Assembly: GCA_965227775.1 (NCBI GenBank)
Contig: OZ245777.1
Span: 1,536,001 to 1,600,000, forward strand
Source of the DNA: Phycisphaerales bacterium
GTDB taxonomy: Bacteria > Planctomycetota > Phycisphaerae > Phycisphaerales > UBA1924
Direction: 5' to 3'
Length of the DNA stretch: 64,000 bases
The position numbers and the translations under genes are program-made. Position 1 is the first letter of the stretch. Each line of letters begins with the position of its first letter. The notes below the pieces were generated by a model that made no database searches, was not told the origin of the DNA, and saw nothing but the letters and a program-made list of their open reading frames with translations. Shown piece after piece: positions 38,745-49,800 of this stretch.

Positions 38745-38980
38745 CGCTTCTGGCTCCGGTTGAGTCGCATGCCCGTGCGAATGAAGGCGACGAATCCACC
38801 CACGACGCCGCCGCACAGCCCGATCAGCAGGAACAGCGGACTGGTGCCCGCGAAGTAGTCGATGCCAAACCCGATGAGCACGCAGGTGATGGCCGTCGCG
38901 GCGAAGTCAACCCCTGCCGACCATCCGCCCATGCGCTGACGCCAGGCCGCGATGCGTTGGCTGCTGTCGGGCTCTGACAC
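38741..38980 (-). CDS. AtpZ/AtpI-like (ATP synthase gene 1 family) small membrane protein
   Basis: G..FA...[22 protein letters not shown] pattern with two TM helices. Confidence 0.7.
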   Translation of the reverse strand: MSEPDSSQRIAAWRQRMGGWSAGVDFAATAITCVLIGFGIDYFAGTSPLFLLIGLCGGVVGGFVAFIRTGMRLNRSQKR

Positions 38981-38989
38981 GAGGGAGTT

Positions 38990-41900
38990 TTAGGCCATCG
39001 AGGCGAGGGCCACTTCCTGGCCCTTGTCGGCGGCCTCGCGCACGCGGTCGCCCTCGGGCCCGCCTCCCTGGGCCTGGTTGGGCTTGCCGCCGCCCTTTCC
39101 GCCCACGACCTGCGCAACGGCCCGCACCCAATCGCCCGCCTTCAGTCCGCGGGCAACGGCTGTCTGGGGTACATCGGCGAGCAAGGCAACCTTGTTCTCA
39201 GGGTCCACGCTTAGCAGCATGATCGGCGAGTCGGGCAGCGTCTTGCGCACCTCGCCGAGCGCCGACTGCATCGCGCCGCGATCGCCCATCGCATCGATGA
39301 TGGCGACCACCGGGTTGCCATCGCCTGTGCTCTGCGCGAGCGACTTTGCCTGCTCGATTGCCTTCTTGCTGGCCTGCTGCGCCTGTGCCTTGCGCGCCGC
39401 CTTGGCGCGTTCCTGCAGCGCTCCGAGCTTCTCACGCAACTCGGCCTTCCGAGCCACAGGGATGATCGCCTCATCGATCAGCTTTCCAAGTCGTGCGATC
39501 TCGGGCTCGAGCTGCTCGTCACTCAGCTTGGCGGCCTCGCCGAGCTCGACCGCCAGCGCGTTGGCATGCGCGATTGCGCGGCGGGCTTCCTGGCGCGTCA
39601 CCGCCACGATGCGGCGGATGCCCTTGGCGACGCCTTCCTCGTGCACGATGGCAAAGCTCTCGGCCTGGGCCGTCGTCGCCAGGTGCGTGCCGCCGCACAG
39701 CTCGATGGAGTACTCCATCCAGGCGTCGTTCTTCGGGTCGGCCAGCATCTTGTCGATCGGCGCACCAATAGACACGACACGCACGGGGTTGGGGTACTTC
39801 TCGCCGAACACGGCGCGCAGGCCGTTGATCTCGAGCGCCTTGTCCTGCGGCACGAGGTCGGCGTACACCGGGTGGTCCTGTTCGAGCACCTGGCGCACGA
39901 TGGTCTCCATGCGCCCCAAATCAGCCGGCGAGATCGGGCCGTTGGCGTCGAAGTCGAACCGCAGGCGATCGGGCGCCACCATCGAGCCGCGCTGCTCGGG
40001 CGGTGTGTCCCCACCCACGACCTCGCGCAGGGCGTAATTGAAAAGGTGTGTCGTCGTGTGGTTGGCCGCGAGGTTCAGGCGACGCTCGTTGTCGAGGTTG
40101 AGCGTCACCTCGTCGCCCACGCGCAGCTCGCCACGGATCATCTTTCCCGCGTGCAGGACATAGCCGCCATAGGACTTGACGCCCTCGACCCTGAACTCGC
40201 CGCCGCGTTTCTCATCGCGCACGCTGGTCCTGGCTTCCTTGCTCACGAACATCCGCCCGTGGTCGGCCTGCTGCCCGCCCATCTCGGCGTAGAAGTTCGT
40301 GACGTCCAGCACGATCCCGACCGCTGCGGCCCGGCCGCTGGCCTCGGCGTGCTCGTCGTAGTCGCGGCCGTTCCAGATGGCCTTGACGCGGGCGCGGACC
40401 TCGCGGCCGTGGAACTTGTCCACGTCGCTGGTGGGCTTGACATGCAGGCTCTGCAGCTTGGCGATCGCGTCGGCGTCGAGCGCGAGCCCCGCTTCGGCCT
40501 GCGACTTCGAGCCCGCCCGAGACTGCTCGCGCTGCTCGGCCATGGCCTTGTGGAAGCCGTCGACGTCGACGGTCAAGCCGCGCTCCTCGGCCATGACCTG
40601 GGTAAGGTCGAGGGGGAAGCCGTAGGTGTCGTGCAACTTGAACGCTTCTTCACCGGGGAGCTGAACCAATTGGCCAAGCTCGGACACTTCCTTCAAGAGA
40701 TCATCAAGTGTGAACTCGAAGGTGGGAGAACCGCGATCAGGATCTGCAAAACCAACAGAGGTCGAGCCATCCGGGAGTGTTTGGATTGAGCGTTCAAGCA
40801 CTTGAGCGTGCTTTGCAAATACTGCGCTGGCTTGCTGGGCTATCGCGTGATCGAACTGGAGGAGTCCCTTCTGCATCGTTCGCCCAAAGCTCTCCTCCTC
40901 CTCCCGAACAATCCCCGCCACCCGATCCGGATTGCGCTTCAGTTCGGGGAACGCCTCGCCGTAGTGCTCGACGATCACCGGCACGAGCTCGCTCAGGAAG
41001 CCCGGCTTGGCCCCAAGCTTCTGCCAGCCCATGCGCACGGCCCGGCGCAGGATGCGGCGCAGCACGTAGCCGCGGCCTTCGTTGCCCGGCACGGCCCCAT
41101 CGGTCAGCGCAAACGTCAACGCGCGTGCATGGTCGGCAACGACGCGGTAGGCGAAGTCGACCTGGCCCTCGTCCTGGTGCCCCAGTTTGCCGGCGTACGA
41201 CCGTGTGCCTGTCATCTTGCTGATCGCGTCGAAAATCGGCGTGAACAGGTCGGTGTCGTAGTTGCTGGGCTTGCCCTGCAAGACGCTCAGCACGCGCTCC
41301 AGGCCCATGCCGGTGTCGACGTGCTTTGCGGGCAGCTCCTTGAGCGTGCCGTCGCCCTGGCGGTCGAACTGGATGAACACGAGGTTCCAGATCTCGATCA
41401 CGCTCGGGTCGTCGGCGTTGACCAGCTTGCTCGCGTCACGCCCACCGACTCGGTCGAAGTGGACCTCGCTGCAAGGCCCGCACGGCCCGGTGTCGCCCAT
41501 CTCCCAGAAGTTGTCTTTCGTGCCGTAGGGCAGCACGCGCTCGGGCGGCAGGAAGCGCAACCAGAGTTCCTTCGCCTCGTCGTCGGCGGGCAGGCCCTGC
41601 TTCTGGTCGCCGCCGAAGTAGCTCGCGTACAGCTGGTCCTTGGGCAGGCCCCAGACCTCGGTCAGCAGTGTCCAGGCCCACTCGATGGCCTCGGTCTTGA
41701 AATAGTCGCCGAACGACCAGTTGCCCAACATCTCGAAGAACGTGTGGTGGTAGGTGTCCTTGCCCACGTCCTCGAGGTCGTTGTGCTTGCCGCCGGCGCG
41801 GATGCACTTCTGGCTGTTTGCGGCGCACTTCAGCTTGCCGAGCTCGCTGGACGGATCGGCCTGGCCCAGGAAGAGCGGCTTGAACTGGTTCATGCCCGCG

Positions 41901-42061
41901 TTCGTGAATAGCAGCGTCGGGTCGTCGAGCGGTACGACCGGGCTGGATGGCACGAACGGGTGCGGCGCGCTCTTCAGGCTCTTGAAGAAGTCGATGAACG
42001 ACGCGCGGACCGAGGCGCCCGTCCAGGTCGAGCTGTTGGTTGTTGTGGGGGCGTTGGGCAC
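38990..42061 (-). CDS. alaS: Alanine--tRNA ligase
   Basis: [41 protein letters not shown], editing motifs NHTTTH and ELCGGTH, C-terminal GGKGGG; start codon approximate. Confidence 0.97.
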   Translation of the reverse strand: MPNAPTTTNSSTWTGASVRASFIDFFKSLKSAPHPFVPSSPVVPLDDPTLLFTNAGMNQFKPLFLGQADPSSELGKLKCAANSQKCIRAGGKHNDLEDVGKDTYHHTFFEMLGNWSFGDYFKTEAIEWAWTLLTEVWGLPKDQLYASYFGGDQKQGLPADDEAKELWLRFLPPERVLPYGTKDNFWEMGDTGPCGPCSEVHFDRVGGRDASKLVNADDPSVIEIWNLVFIQFDRQGDGTLKELPAKHVDTGMGLERVLSVLQGKPSNYDTDLFTPIFDAISKMTGTRSYAGKLGHQDEGQVDFAYRVVADHARALTFALTDGAVPGNEGRGYVLRRILRRAVRMGWQKLGAKPGFLSELVPVIVEHYGEAFPELKRNPDRVAGIVREEEESFGRTMQKGLLQFDHAIAQQASAVFAKHAQVLERSIQTLPDGSTSVGFADPDRGSPTFEFTLDDLLKEVSELGQLVQLPGEEAFKLHDTYGFPLDLTQVMAEERGLTVDVDGFHKAMAEQREQSRAGSKSQAEAGLALDADAIAKLQSLHVKPTSDVDKFHGREVRARVKAIWNGRDYDEHAEASGRAAAVGIVLDVTNFYAEMGGQQADHGRMFVSKEARTSVRDEKRGGEFRVEGVKSYGGYVLHAGKMIRGELRVGDEVTLNLDNERRLNLAANHTTTHLFNYALREVVGGDTPPEQRGSMVAPDRLRFDFDANGPISPADLGRMETIVRQVLEQDHPVYADLVPQDKALEINGLRAVFGEKYPNPVRVVSIGAPIDKMLADPKNDAWMEYSIELCGGTHLATTAQAESFAIVHEEGVAKGIRRIVAVTRQEARRAIAHANALAVELGEAAKLSDEQLEPEIARLGKLIDEAIIPVARKAELREKLGALQERAKAARKAQAQQASKKAIEQAKSLAQSTGDGNPVVAIIDAMGDRGAMQSALGEVRKTLPDSPIMLLSVDPENKVALLADVPQTAVARGLKAGDWVRAVAQVVGGKGGGKPNQAQGGGPEGDRVREAADKGQEVALASMA

Positions 42062-42176
42062 GGCGTCGCTCGTTTCGGTGTTCGGGGTCGGGCCGGGGTG
42101 TGTCGGCTTCAGGTGCGAGAAGATGCGAGAGGGATTGTTAGCCGGCAAACGCTGTCAGCCGAACAAGCCGGCCGAG

Positions 42177-42416
42177 TCAGCCTGCCGAATGCGGCGGCTT
42201 CTCGTGCTCGGGCAGGTCGGGGTCGGCCTGCACCAGCGAGCCAAGCCGCTCTTCCATCGCGCTGAGCCGCTTCTCGAGCGCCAGCACCCGCCGCAGTGCC
42301 TCTTCCGCGGCCTCGCGGGCGTCACCCGCGGCCTGCTCCTGGAACATGGCCGTCTCCTCCAGGCTGGTCAGGCGGCGCTGGGTCTGCGGGTCGGGTGTAT
42401 CGCTGTTGTCGGGCAT
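42177..42416 (-). CDS. slyX: SlyX-family small coiled-coil protein
   Basis: RLTSLEETAMFQE...EKPPH; GAGAGG RBS. Confidence 0.7.
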   Translation of the reverse strand: MPDNSDTPDPQTQRRLTSLEETAMFQEQAAGDAREAAEEALRRVLALEKRLSAMEERLGSLVQADPDLPEHEKPPHSAG

Positions 42417-42462
42417 GGTCGTTCCTCTCGCCGGGGGCCTCGCTGGTGGTATCCTTGGGCCC

Positions 42463-43104
42463 ATGCGCACGCCGACGGCGATGATCCATGCACTGGCCTT
42501 CACACTCGCCGCTCTGGCGTGCGGTGGTGCCGCTTTGGCGCAGGACGAGGCCGCGAGCGACGAGCCGCTCCGCTTCGTGCACGACTCGGCCGGCGGCCTG
42601 TCATGCGACGACATCGACCAGAGCACCCTCTCCTACGGAGACGAGTGCTTTGATTCCTGGGTGGTGTCCTACTCGGCGGCCTACACAGGCGAGTCGCTCG
42701 ATCAGGGCATCACGCTCAGCTACAACCGCTTCCTGGTTGATGACATCGAGTGGTTCCTCGAGGGCGGGCTGTGGACGTTCTACGACCAGGGCGGCGACAA
42801 CGCGTTCGGCCTGAGCGCGAGCCTGGGCTTCCGATGGCACTTTGTCTCACGCGAACAATGGAGCCTGTTTGCCGACGTGGGCATCGGCGTGCTCGGCACG
42901 ACCGACCATGTGCCGCCCGAGGGCACGAGCTTCAACTTCATGCCCCGCGCTGGGCTGGGATTCACCCGCCAGCTCGATGAGAACGTCAGGCTCATGGGCG
43001 GGGTTCGTTGGCACCACATCTCGAACGGCCGAACACGAGGCGACAGCCGCAACCCGGCGCGCGATGCGCCCCAGCTCTATGTCGGCCTCGTGTTTCCGTT
43101 TTGA
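42463..43104 (+). CDS. PagL-like outer-membrane beta-barrel (lipid A 3-O-deacylase family)
   Basis: Signal peptide; GTSFNF, HHISN catalytic motif, RNP; terminal Phe. Confidence 0.75.
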   Translation: MRTPTAMIHALAFTLAALACGGAALAQDEAASDEPLRFVHDSAGGLSCDDIDQSTLSYGDECFDSWVVSYSAAYTGESLDQGITLSYNRFLVDDIEWFLEGGLWTFYDQGGDNAFGLSASLGFRWHFVSREQWSLFADVGIGVLGTTDHVPPEGTSFNFMPRAGLGFTRQLDENVRLMGGVRWHHISNGRTRGDSRNPARDAPQLYVGLVFPF

Positions 43105-43105
43105 C

Positions 43106-44065
43106 TCAGCTTGCGGCTGCGAGCTTGGGGCCGCCCTTGGCAAGCGTTGTCAACATGACGCGATCGCGACCGGCTTCCTTGGCCTTGTAGAGCGTCGCAT
43201 CGGCGTGGGCCACCCATTGGTCGGGGGGCAAACCAGTTGCGCCCTCTGATCCCGCGATGCCGATCGACACCGTGATCCGGCGGTCGGGGTGGGCGGGCCA
43301 GTCGCGGTCCGCGATTGCCTCGCGAATGCGCTCGCAGAGGATTTTGGACTGATCAGGCGTGGTTTCGGGGAGGATGATCGCGAACTCTTCGCCACCGTAG
43401 CGGCACGGCACATCGGAGTTGCGTGCCGAGTTGTTGATGATCTCGGCGGCACCCTGCAATGCGGCGTCGCCGGCCGGATGGCCGTAGTTGTCGTTGATGC
43501 TCTTGAAGTGGTCAAGATCGAGCAAGGCCAGCGAGAGCGGGCGGTTGTTCCGCTCCGCCGAGCTGACGATCTGTGAGAGCCGCTCATCGAAGTGGCTGCG
43601 ATTCCAGAGTGCTGTCAGGCCGTCGAGCTGCGCACGCTCGCTCAGCATGCGAACCAGACGGTGGATTCGGAGCGATGACCGCAGCCGGGCGCGGAGCTCG
43701 GCTAGATCGAAGGGCTTCGTGATGTAGTCGATGGCCCCCAGCCCGAACGCCATGACCTTGTCCTGCGAGTCTTGTTGGCCGGACAGCACGATGACCGGCA
43801 CGTGAGCCGTTTCGTCCTTTGCGGAGAATTCTCGGAGCACTTCGAAGCCGTCCATGCTGGGCATGCTCAGGTCCAAAAGCACGGTGGCAACGTCGGTGGT
43901 GCACACCGCCTCCAACGCTTCGGCTCCCGAGTGGGCGTGACGGAGCTCGATGGTCTCGTCCCGCAGACGCGCCTTCAACAGGCGATGCACCAGCGGCGAG
44001 TCGTCTACGACGAGCACGATAGGCTTGGTGGCCGGTGCGGCAAGTTGTTCAGCGTTCTCGCTCAA
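43106..44065 (-). CDS. REC-GGDEF diguanylate cyclase
   Basis: Receiver domain (VVDD, LLDLSMP), DGLT..WNR, DLDHFKSIND, RNSD I-site, GGEEF. Confidence 0.93.
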   Translation of the reverse strand: MSENAEQLAAPATKPIVLVVDDSPLVHRLLKARLRDETIELRHAHSGAEALEAVCTTDVATVLLDLSMPSMDGFEVLREFSAKDETAHVPVIVLSGQQDSQDKVMAFGLGAIDYITKPFDLAELRARLRSSLRIHRLVRMLSERAQLDGLTALWNRSHFDERLSQIVSSAERNNRPLSLALLDLDHFKSINDNYGHPAGDAALQGAAEIINNSARNSDVPCRYGGEEFAIILPETTPDQSKILCERIREAIADRDWPAHPDRRITVSIGIAGSEGATGLPPDQWVAHADATLYKAKEAGRDRVMLTTLAKGGPKLAAAS

Positions 44066-44094
44066 GGATGGCTCCTGCGCGTTTTCCGAGCCCG

Positions 44095-44445
44095 TTAGGC
44101 TGCGGTCTCGGTACTTGCCAGACGGACGCGATCACAGGCTTCGATCAAGGTCGCCGCGGCCGCATGAACCGCTGAGGGATCAGGGCTGCCAGACTCCTGG
44201 AGGTCTTTGAGTGCGTGCTCAGCTGCGGCTGCGATCACGCCGAGCGGTCCAAATCCGTAGCCGGCGGAGGCGCCCTTGAGCTGGTGAGCGATGCGAGCCG
44301 CTTCGGTGGCATCTCCCGCATCGACCGCACACACGAGGTCAGCCTTGCGATCGGGCATTTCAGCCACGAACACGGCCACGATCTCGCCCACGTCGGGGTC
44401 GTTTTCGTACACGCTGAACAGTGGCTCGGTGCTGGTACTGGCCAT
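44095..44445 (-). CDS. Hpt histidine phosphotransfer protein
   Basis: AHQLKGASAGYGF motif. Confidence 0.88.
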   Translation of the reverse strand: MASTSTEPLFSVYENDPDVGEIVAVFVAEMPDRKADLVCAVDAGDATEAARIAHQLKGASAGYGFGPLGVIAAAAEHALKDLQESGSPDPSAVHAAAATLIEACDRVRLASTETAA

Positions 44446-44545
44446 CTCTCTGCCTCCCTTGGCGTGGCAACACCAGGGTCATCGGCGGTTCCCAGTAGCG
44501 AGTTCAGGTCCGGTTCTCAATTCCGCGGATTTTGTCGCATTTGGC

Positions 44546-45880
44546 TTAGGTCGTTTCCCGCAAGAGGTGATCGCCTTCCCGCCCCCGCAGTGCCTGTAGA
44601 CCGATAAACAGGGCCGTGTTGGCGGTCCACCGGCGGATGGCCCCGCGATCGCCCGCGAACATGAATCGCTTGGCGATGGGCTTTCGGCCATCGGCCGCAC
44701 ACCCGATCCAGACGGTCCCGACGGGCTTCTCGGGCGTTCCGCCACCCGGTCCGGCCACGCCGGTGACTGACAGAGCCAGACCTGCCCTCGCTCGTTCCAG
44801 AGCACCCGCCGCCATCGCGACCGCCACTTCCTGGCTGACCGCGCCGTGACCTTCGATCAGCGCCGCAGGAACGCCGAGTTCGCGCTCCTTCATGGCATTG
44901 CTGTAGGTGACCCAACCCCCGGCGTACGCCTTGGAGCTGCCGGCCTGCCCAGTGATCAACTCGCTGATGAGGCCGCCCGTGCAGGACTCGGCGGTGGCGA
45001 TCATCACGCCGTGCTCGGTCGCAGCTTCCAGTAGGAACGCTTCGACTGGCTCCTCACGATGGCCAACGACGTACTGGCCCGACGCTTGCTCGATTGCGCC
45101 GATCGCCTCGCCAACGGCCGCCAGTGGTTCACGCGTCTGGTAAGGGCCTCGCACCGATTCGGATGGTTCGACTCGGACACGGCACGTCACCATGCCCGAT
45201 GAGGCCGTCGTCCCCACGGCTGGGTTGTTATCACGGTGCATGTAGTCGGCGATGCGGGTGGCGACCTCGCTCTCGCCCAGGCCGAACACCTGGACGACAC
45301 GCAACTCGGCGCTGGCGATGCCTGGGAGTGACTCCAAGACCGGTGATATGCGCGCATCGAACATTGGCCGCATCTCGCGCGGCGGGCCGGGTAGGCAGGC
45401 GATGATCCGAGCATGCGCCGCCGTGTCGTTCACATACAGCATCCCGGGAGCAGTGCCCTGATCGTTCGGTAGGCGGCGTGCTCCGGCTGGGCGGAGTGCC
45501 TGCACCCGATTCGATTCGGGCATCTCACGACCAGCGTTCTCGAATCGTGCTCGGATCTCGTCGATTGACTCGGCGTCTTCCACCAGCGGTTGCGAGTCGC
45601 CTGTCAGTCGCTCGAGGGCCGCAGCAAACGCTTCGCGCGTGAGATCATCGGCGGTGGGGCCAAGCCCGCCTCCTACGAGCACGACATCTACCTCAGCCGC
45701 CAATTTGCAGATGGTGTTGGTGAGCTGCTCGAGGTCGTCTGGAACGGTGCTGTGCTCCGCGACGCGCAGGCCCAGGCGGCCGAGCCGGTCGGCAAGCCAC
45801 ATCGAGTTGGTGTCGAGCTTCTCGCCGAGCACGAGTTCGTCGCCGACCGAGAGGATCGCAGCGCGGGGTCGTTTGGTCAT
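44546..45880 (-). CDS. cinA: CinA-family protein (MoCF-like domain + NMN deamidase PncC domain)
   Basis: VGDELVLG..DTN, GGLGPTADDLT, LPGPPREM, AESCTGG, TGVAGPGGGT.EKPVG. Confidence 0.93.
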   Translation of the reverse strand: MTKRPRAAILSVGDELVLGEKLDTNSMWLADRLGRLGLRVAEHSTVPDDLEQLTNTICKLAAEVDVVLVGGGLGPTADDLTREAFAAALERLTGDSQPLVEDAESIDEIRARFENAGREMPESNRVQALRPAGARRLPNDQGTAPGMLYVNDTAAHARIIACLPGPPREMRPMFDARISPVLESLPGIASAELRVVQVFGLGESEVATRIADYMHRDNNPAVGTTASSGMVTCRVRVEPSESVRGPYQTREPLAAVGEAIGAIEQASGQYVVGHREEPVEAFLLEAATEHGVMIATAESCTGGLISELITGQAGSSKAYAGGWVTYSNAMKERELGVPAALIEGHGAVSQEVAVAMAAGALERARAGLALSVTGVAGPGGGTPEKPVGTVWIGCAADGRKPIAKRFMFAGDRGAIRRWTANTALFIGLQALRGREGDHLLRETT

Positions 45881-46001
45881 GAGACTGCACGCTAGCGACA
45901 CCGTTGACGCTGGGCGCAAGCAAAGCCGCATGCCGGCGGGAAGCCAGCATGCGGCCCTTGGTCACTGCTGAGCCAATCCTGCGGAGCAGGGAGGCCGTGG
46001 A

Positions 46002-46688
46002 TCAGAACACGCGGCGACGGCGGACGGCGGCCACGCCAAGGAGACCTGCCATCGCCAGGGCGCCAGCGCCGGGCAGTGGGATGGCGGTGATGTACAGGAT
46101 GCTCTGGCGGTTTGCGCCTGTGGAAATCTCCGTGAGATTCAGGACACGGACGCGGCCGACCGAAGCGGTGGTGCCCCACACAGAGTCGACGAGCGACTGT
46201 GCGGTGGCGCTCAGGAACGCAAACTGCGAGCTCGAAGCCGCGGCGGTCGCGGCTGCAAAGTCGACCGCTCCGAGTTCCTCCTCGAGGTACCAGAACGCGT
46301 CCTGAACCGCGTTGTTGAATTCGAGCTCGGTCATGGAGCCCATCGGTCCGATGGCACCCGAAACGATCTGGCGGTACAACTCGGCGGACTCGGCGCTCAG
46401 CGGGTCCGGAGTGCCTCCTCCGATGCCACCCGAGCGGGCCACGTCGCTGATTTCAAAGTTGTACGACGTCTCGGCAATTCCTTCGTTGAGTTCGAGGCAG
46501 AATGAAACGAAGTCGCCGAGCGAACCACTCACCAGAAACTCTCCGCCGCGCGAGTTCCCAGGCGAACTCGGAGATCCTGGCAGCGGGTCGTGGCTTCCGC
46601 CTTCGCCGAACGTAATCGTAACGGTGCTAGCCGTGGCTGCGGACGCAGCAATAGCGACAGCAATGCCGCTGGCGACAATCTTGAGCAT
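46002..46688 (-). CDS. PEP-CTERM-like (IPLP/VPLPA-type) sorting domain surface protein
   Basis: Signal peptide; FCLE motif, Q.A.W motif; C-terminal IPLPGAGALAMAGLLGVAAVRRRR. Confidence 0.88.
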   Translation of the reverse strand: MLKIVASGIAVAIAASAATASTVTITFGEGGSHDPLPGSPSSPGNSRGGEFLVSGSLGDFVSFCLELNEGIAETSYNFEISDVARSGGIGGGTPDPLSAESAELYRQIVSGAIGPMGSMTELEFNNAVQDAFWYLEEELGAVDFAAATAAASSSQFAFLSATAQSLVDSVWGTTASVGRVRVLNLTEISTGANRQSILYITAIPLPGAGALAMAGLLGVAAVRRRRVF

Positions 46689-46889
46689 TTGGATTCTCCC
46701 TCCGGACCCTTTCCGGCGCTCTCTTTTCTTCTTCTCTTTCTTCTTCGCATCTGTCCGGGGACTGGATGCACCAAACAATACCTCAGGAATTCGCCCCGGG
46801 ACAACCGCAAGTCTCGTATTTATAGATAATTATGTGTGAAGCTGAGATGCTTCACAGGGTGGTTGGTTTTTGTAGGGATTTGGGACGCG

Positions 46890-49800
46890 TTACCCGGCTC
46901 CGAGAAGTGACTGGAGCTCCGAATATCGCTTGGTATTGGTCTCGGTCCATCGATCGGTGGGCGAGATCAGCGAGAACTCTCTTCGAGCCTCATCAGTCCG
47001 ATTCAACGCCACGAGCGACTCGATTCGTCCAAGGCGAAGAGAGGGAGTGTCTTGGCTGGCCAATCCCTGGTCGAAGGCCTGGAGTGCCTCGGCTCCTTGT
47101 CCAGAAGCCAGAAGAGCGACGCCCAGCGTGTGACGAAACGTGGCGAGGTTCACAGGCGCCGTCGGCTGGGTCTCGGCCAGTTGAACTGCCTCACGCGCAA
47201 ACTCGATCGCCCGTTCGTGATCATCGAGAGATCGGGTTAAGAGCCAAGCCGCGTTGTTGATCAACGCGGGGATGCGTTCGCCGGCAATTCGCATCGCTTG
47301 TTCGTACTCGTTCACTGCGTCGGCCGGCTGCCCAGTTGCCTCGAGTGCCGTTGCGTAGACGGCGCGAAGCTGCCACGAGTCGATCGGCGTATCCAACGCC
47401 GGTTCGATGCAAGCGATCGCCTCGCGAGCGAACTGCTCATCACCACTGGCTGTGTGGAGGCTCATCCACGAAGAAGCGATGGCAACGACGCCGCTCTGGC
47501 TGTCCTTCAACTGGGGCGCCACACTCTCGAGCCACATCCGGCCCCGCGAGATGTTCTCGGCCGTGTTGGCCGCGATACCCGCGAGCGAGGCCTTCAACTG
47601 CGCCCAGCCGCCATCCGCGGCAACCAGTTGATCGAGTAGTGTTCCGGCTTCTTCCATCCGATCCTCGCGGGCAAGCGCTTCGGCCAGGCATTGCAGCGGC
47701 AGGGCGTTCTGCTGCCAAGCGCTGAGCATGCGCTCGGTCTGAGGCTGAAGAAGACTGATTGAACGCCCAAAGTTACTGCGATAGAACTCCGCGACTCCCA
47801 GCGAGATCTCAGCCCGGGCCTGCTCGTCAGACTCCGACGCGAGCGATCGCCAGCGGTCGGCCATGGCGGCCGCTTCTTCGAACCTGCTGTGCCTTAGCAA
47901 GACCTCGGTGGCATCGCGTGCGGGACGCGCGTCGTTCGGTAGCGCCGCTACAGCATCTCTGGCGCGTCTGATCGCAACGTCCGTCTGCCCGAGTTGCTCA
48001 TATGCACTCACAATCATGGGCCAGAGCGAGTAGAAGCTTGCACGCTCCTCGGACAGGCGATCCAGGCGGGCGACGGTCTGCGCGAGATCGATCTCTCCAC
48101 TCAGATAGGCCTTGGCCACTTCGCCGACCGCGAGATTGGCTTCCGGCGCGTTGGTGCGGTCGGCGGCCGACGCGGTTACTCGAGCCATCCGATCAAATGG
48201 GCTCATCTCGTCTGAGAGCGACTCTCGGAACGAAGCGAGTGCCGCGTTGCCTGGCAACTCTGCAATCGCTTGATCAAGGAGAGCCGAAGCCTCCTGAAAC
48301 TCACCCTTCTCAATGTGAAGCGTCGCAGCTTCTTGCCAGAAATCAGGGTCGCCTGAAGCTTGCGCCGCGAGAACGAGTTGCTCGATCGCCCTCTCGCCCT
48401 GACCGTGTTCGTTCAGGAACCGAGCGACCACCACCTCGCGCTTGCCAGCGTCTGACTCGGCCGGAAGTGCTTGAAGGCGTGACAACCCGTCGTCGACACG
48501 GCCGACGCGCGCGAGCAATCGTGCGGCATGAATCTCGTCCTCCGGATCAAGATCCGCCTCAAGCGCTGCAATCTCGTCATCGCGAAGCGGCGTTGAAGAG
48601 TCTGGGGGCCTCGATGCGACACCGGCGCGGAGAATGAACTCTGGTACTCCCGCGTCGGCCAATGCCGCAAGATCCCGAGAAGCCAGATCAAACAGCCCCT
48701 GCTGCGAGAGGAGTTGCCACCTTGCCTCTCGGATCCTCGGCTGCACGTCTCCAGCGTCAACAAACTGGCGCAACCTGGTGGCCGCCTCGTTCGACCTGCC
48801 GGTACGCTGCAGGCGGTCGATCAGTCGTGGGAGCGCGAGCAGCGGTTCGTCTCCATCCGCAGCGTTCTCCAACGCTTCGATCTCTGACTCAACAGGCCCC
48901 GTGCGTGCGAAGGCCTGGGCCGCTAGGAGTAACGCGCGCGTATCTCGCTTGCCGCGTTCGTTCTCAAAGACGACACTCAGGTAGCTTGCGGCCGTGCTTG
49001 CGGCCTCCACGGATGCATCTTGCTCGAGCAGCCGGCGTGCTTCAAATACGCGCCACTCGATGCCACTCTCGCCTTGAGCTTCTCGCAGCCGCGCGACTAC
49101 CTGGCCGGCACGGTCAAGATCGGTCCAGATCGTGGAGCCGCTTAGAATCTCGAGTTGCACCTGGCGACTCTCGGTGCTTGCAGAGGAGATCTGCTCGAGC
49201 GAATCGAGGCTTTGGTCATCCGAGATCGCGTTTGCCATCTGGATGCGTGCCAAACTCCATCGCACGTCAGCGGGGTCTTCCGCTTGCGCGAGTCGCTCGG
49301 TCATGAATGCTCGAGCAGCAGTCGGATCGCCAAGAACAGCAAGTCCGGCTGATGCCGCCGCCACCTGCAAAGGATCGGTTGCGGTTTCTGCGACTCGATC
49401 GACGATCGCTCGCGCGAGTGTCGCATCGATGGGTTGCAGCGCTGCCGCAAAACGCACGGCTGACGTTGCTGCCTGGGAGGCATCGACCTCGATGAGCCGT
49501 CGAGCAATGCCCTTGGCAGCTTCGTGATCACCTTGTGAGACCGTGAATCGCCCGGCCGCGGCCAGTGCGACGGGATTTTCCGGGGCGACGTCGAGCATCT
49601 CGTCGATCGCTTGGCCAAACTGCGAACCAGCGGTATCGGTTGTCTCGGCGAGGCGGGCAATGAGCTCGCCGTAGAGCTGGGCGCTCCCCGGCAACTCGAG
49701 TAGACGCTGGTCGCGCTGTAGCACCGCTCGAGCATCGAGGGAGCGGTCTTCGCTGATGAGCAGGCTCAAGAGGGCGAAGCGTGCCCGACGCCAACTGGGC

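Noticed and set aside
40665..40850. alaS insertion as an intein or intron
   Set aside because: Too short, lacks Cys/Ser start and His-Asn end, and stays in frame without splice-like features
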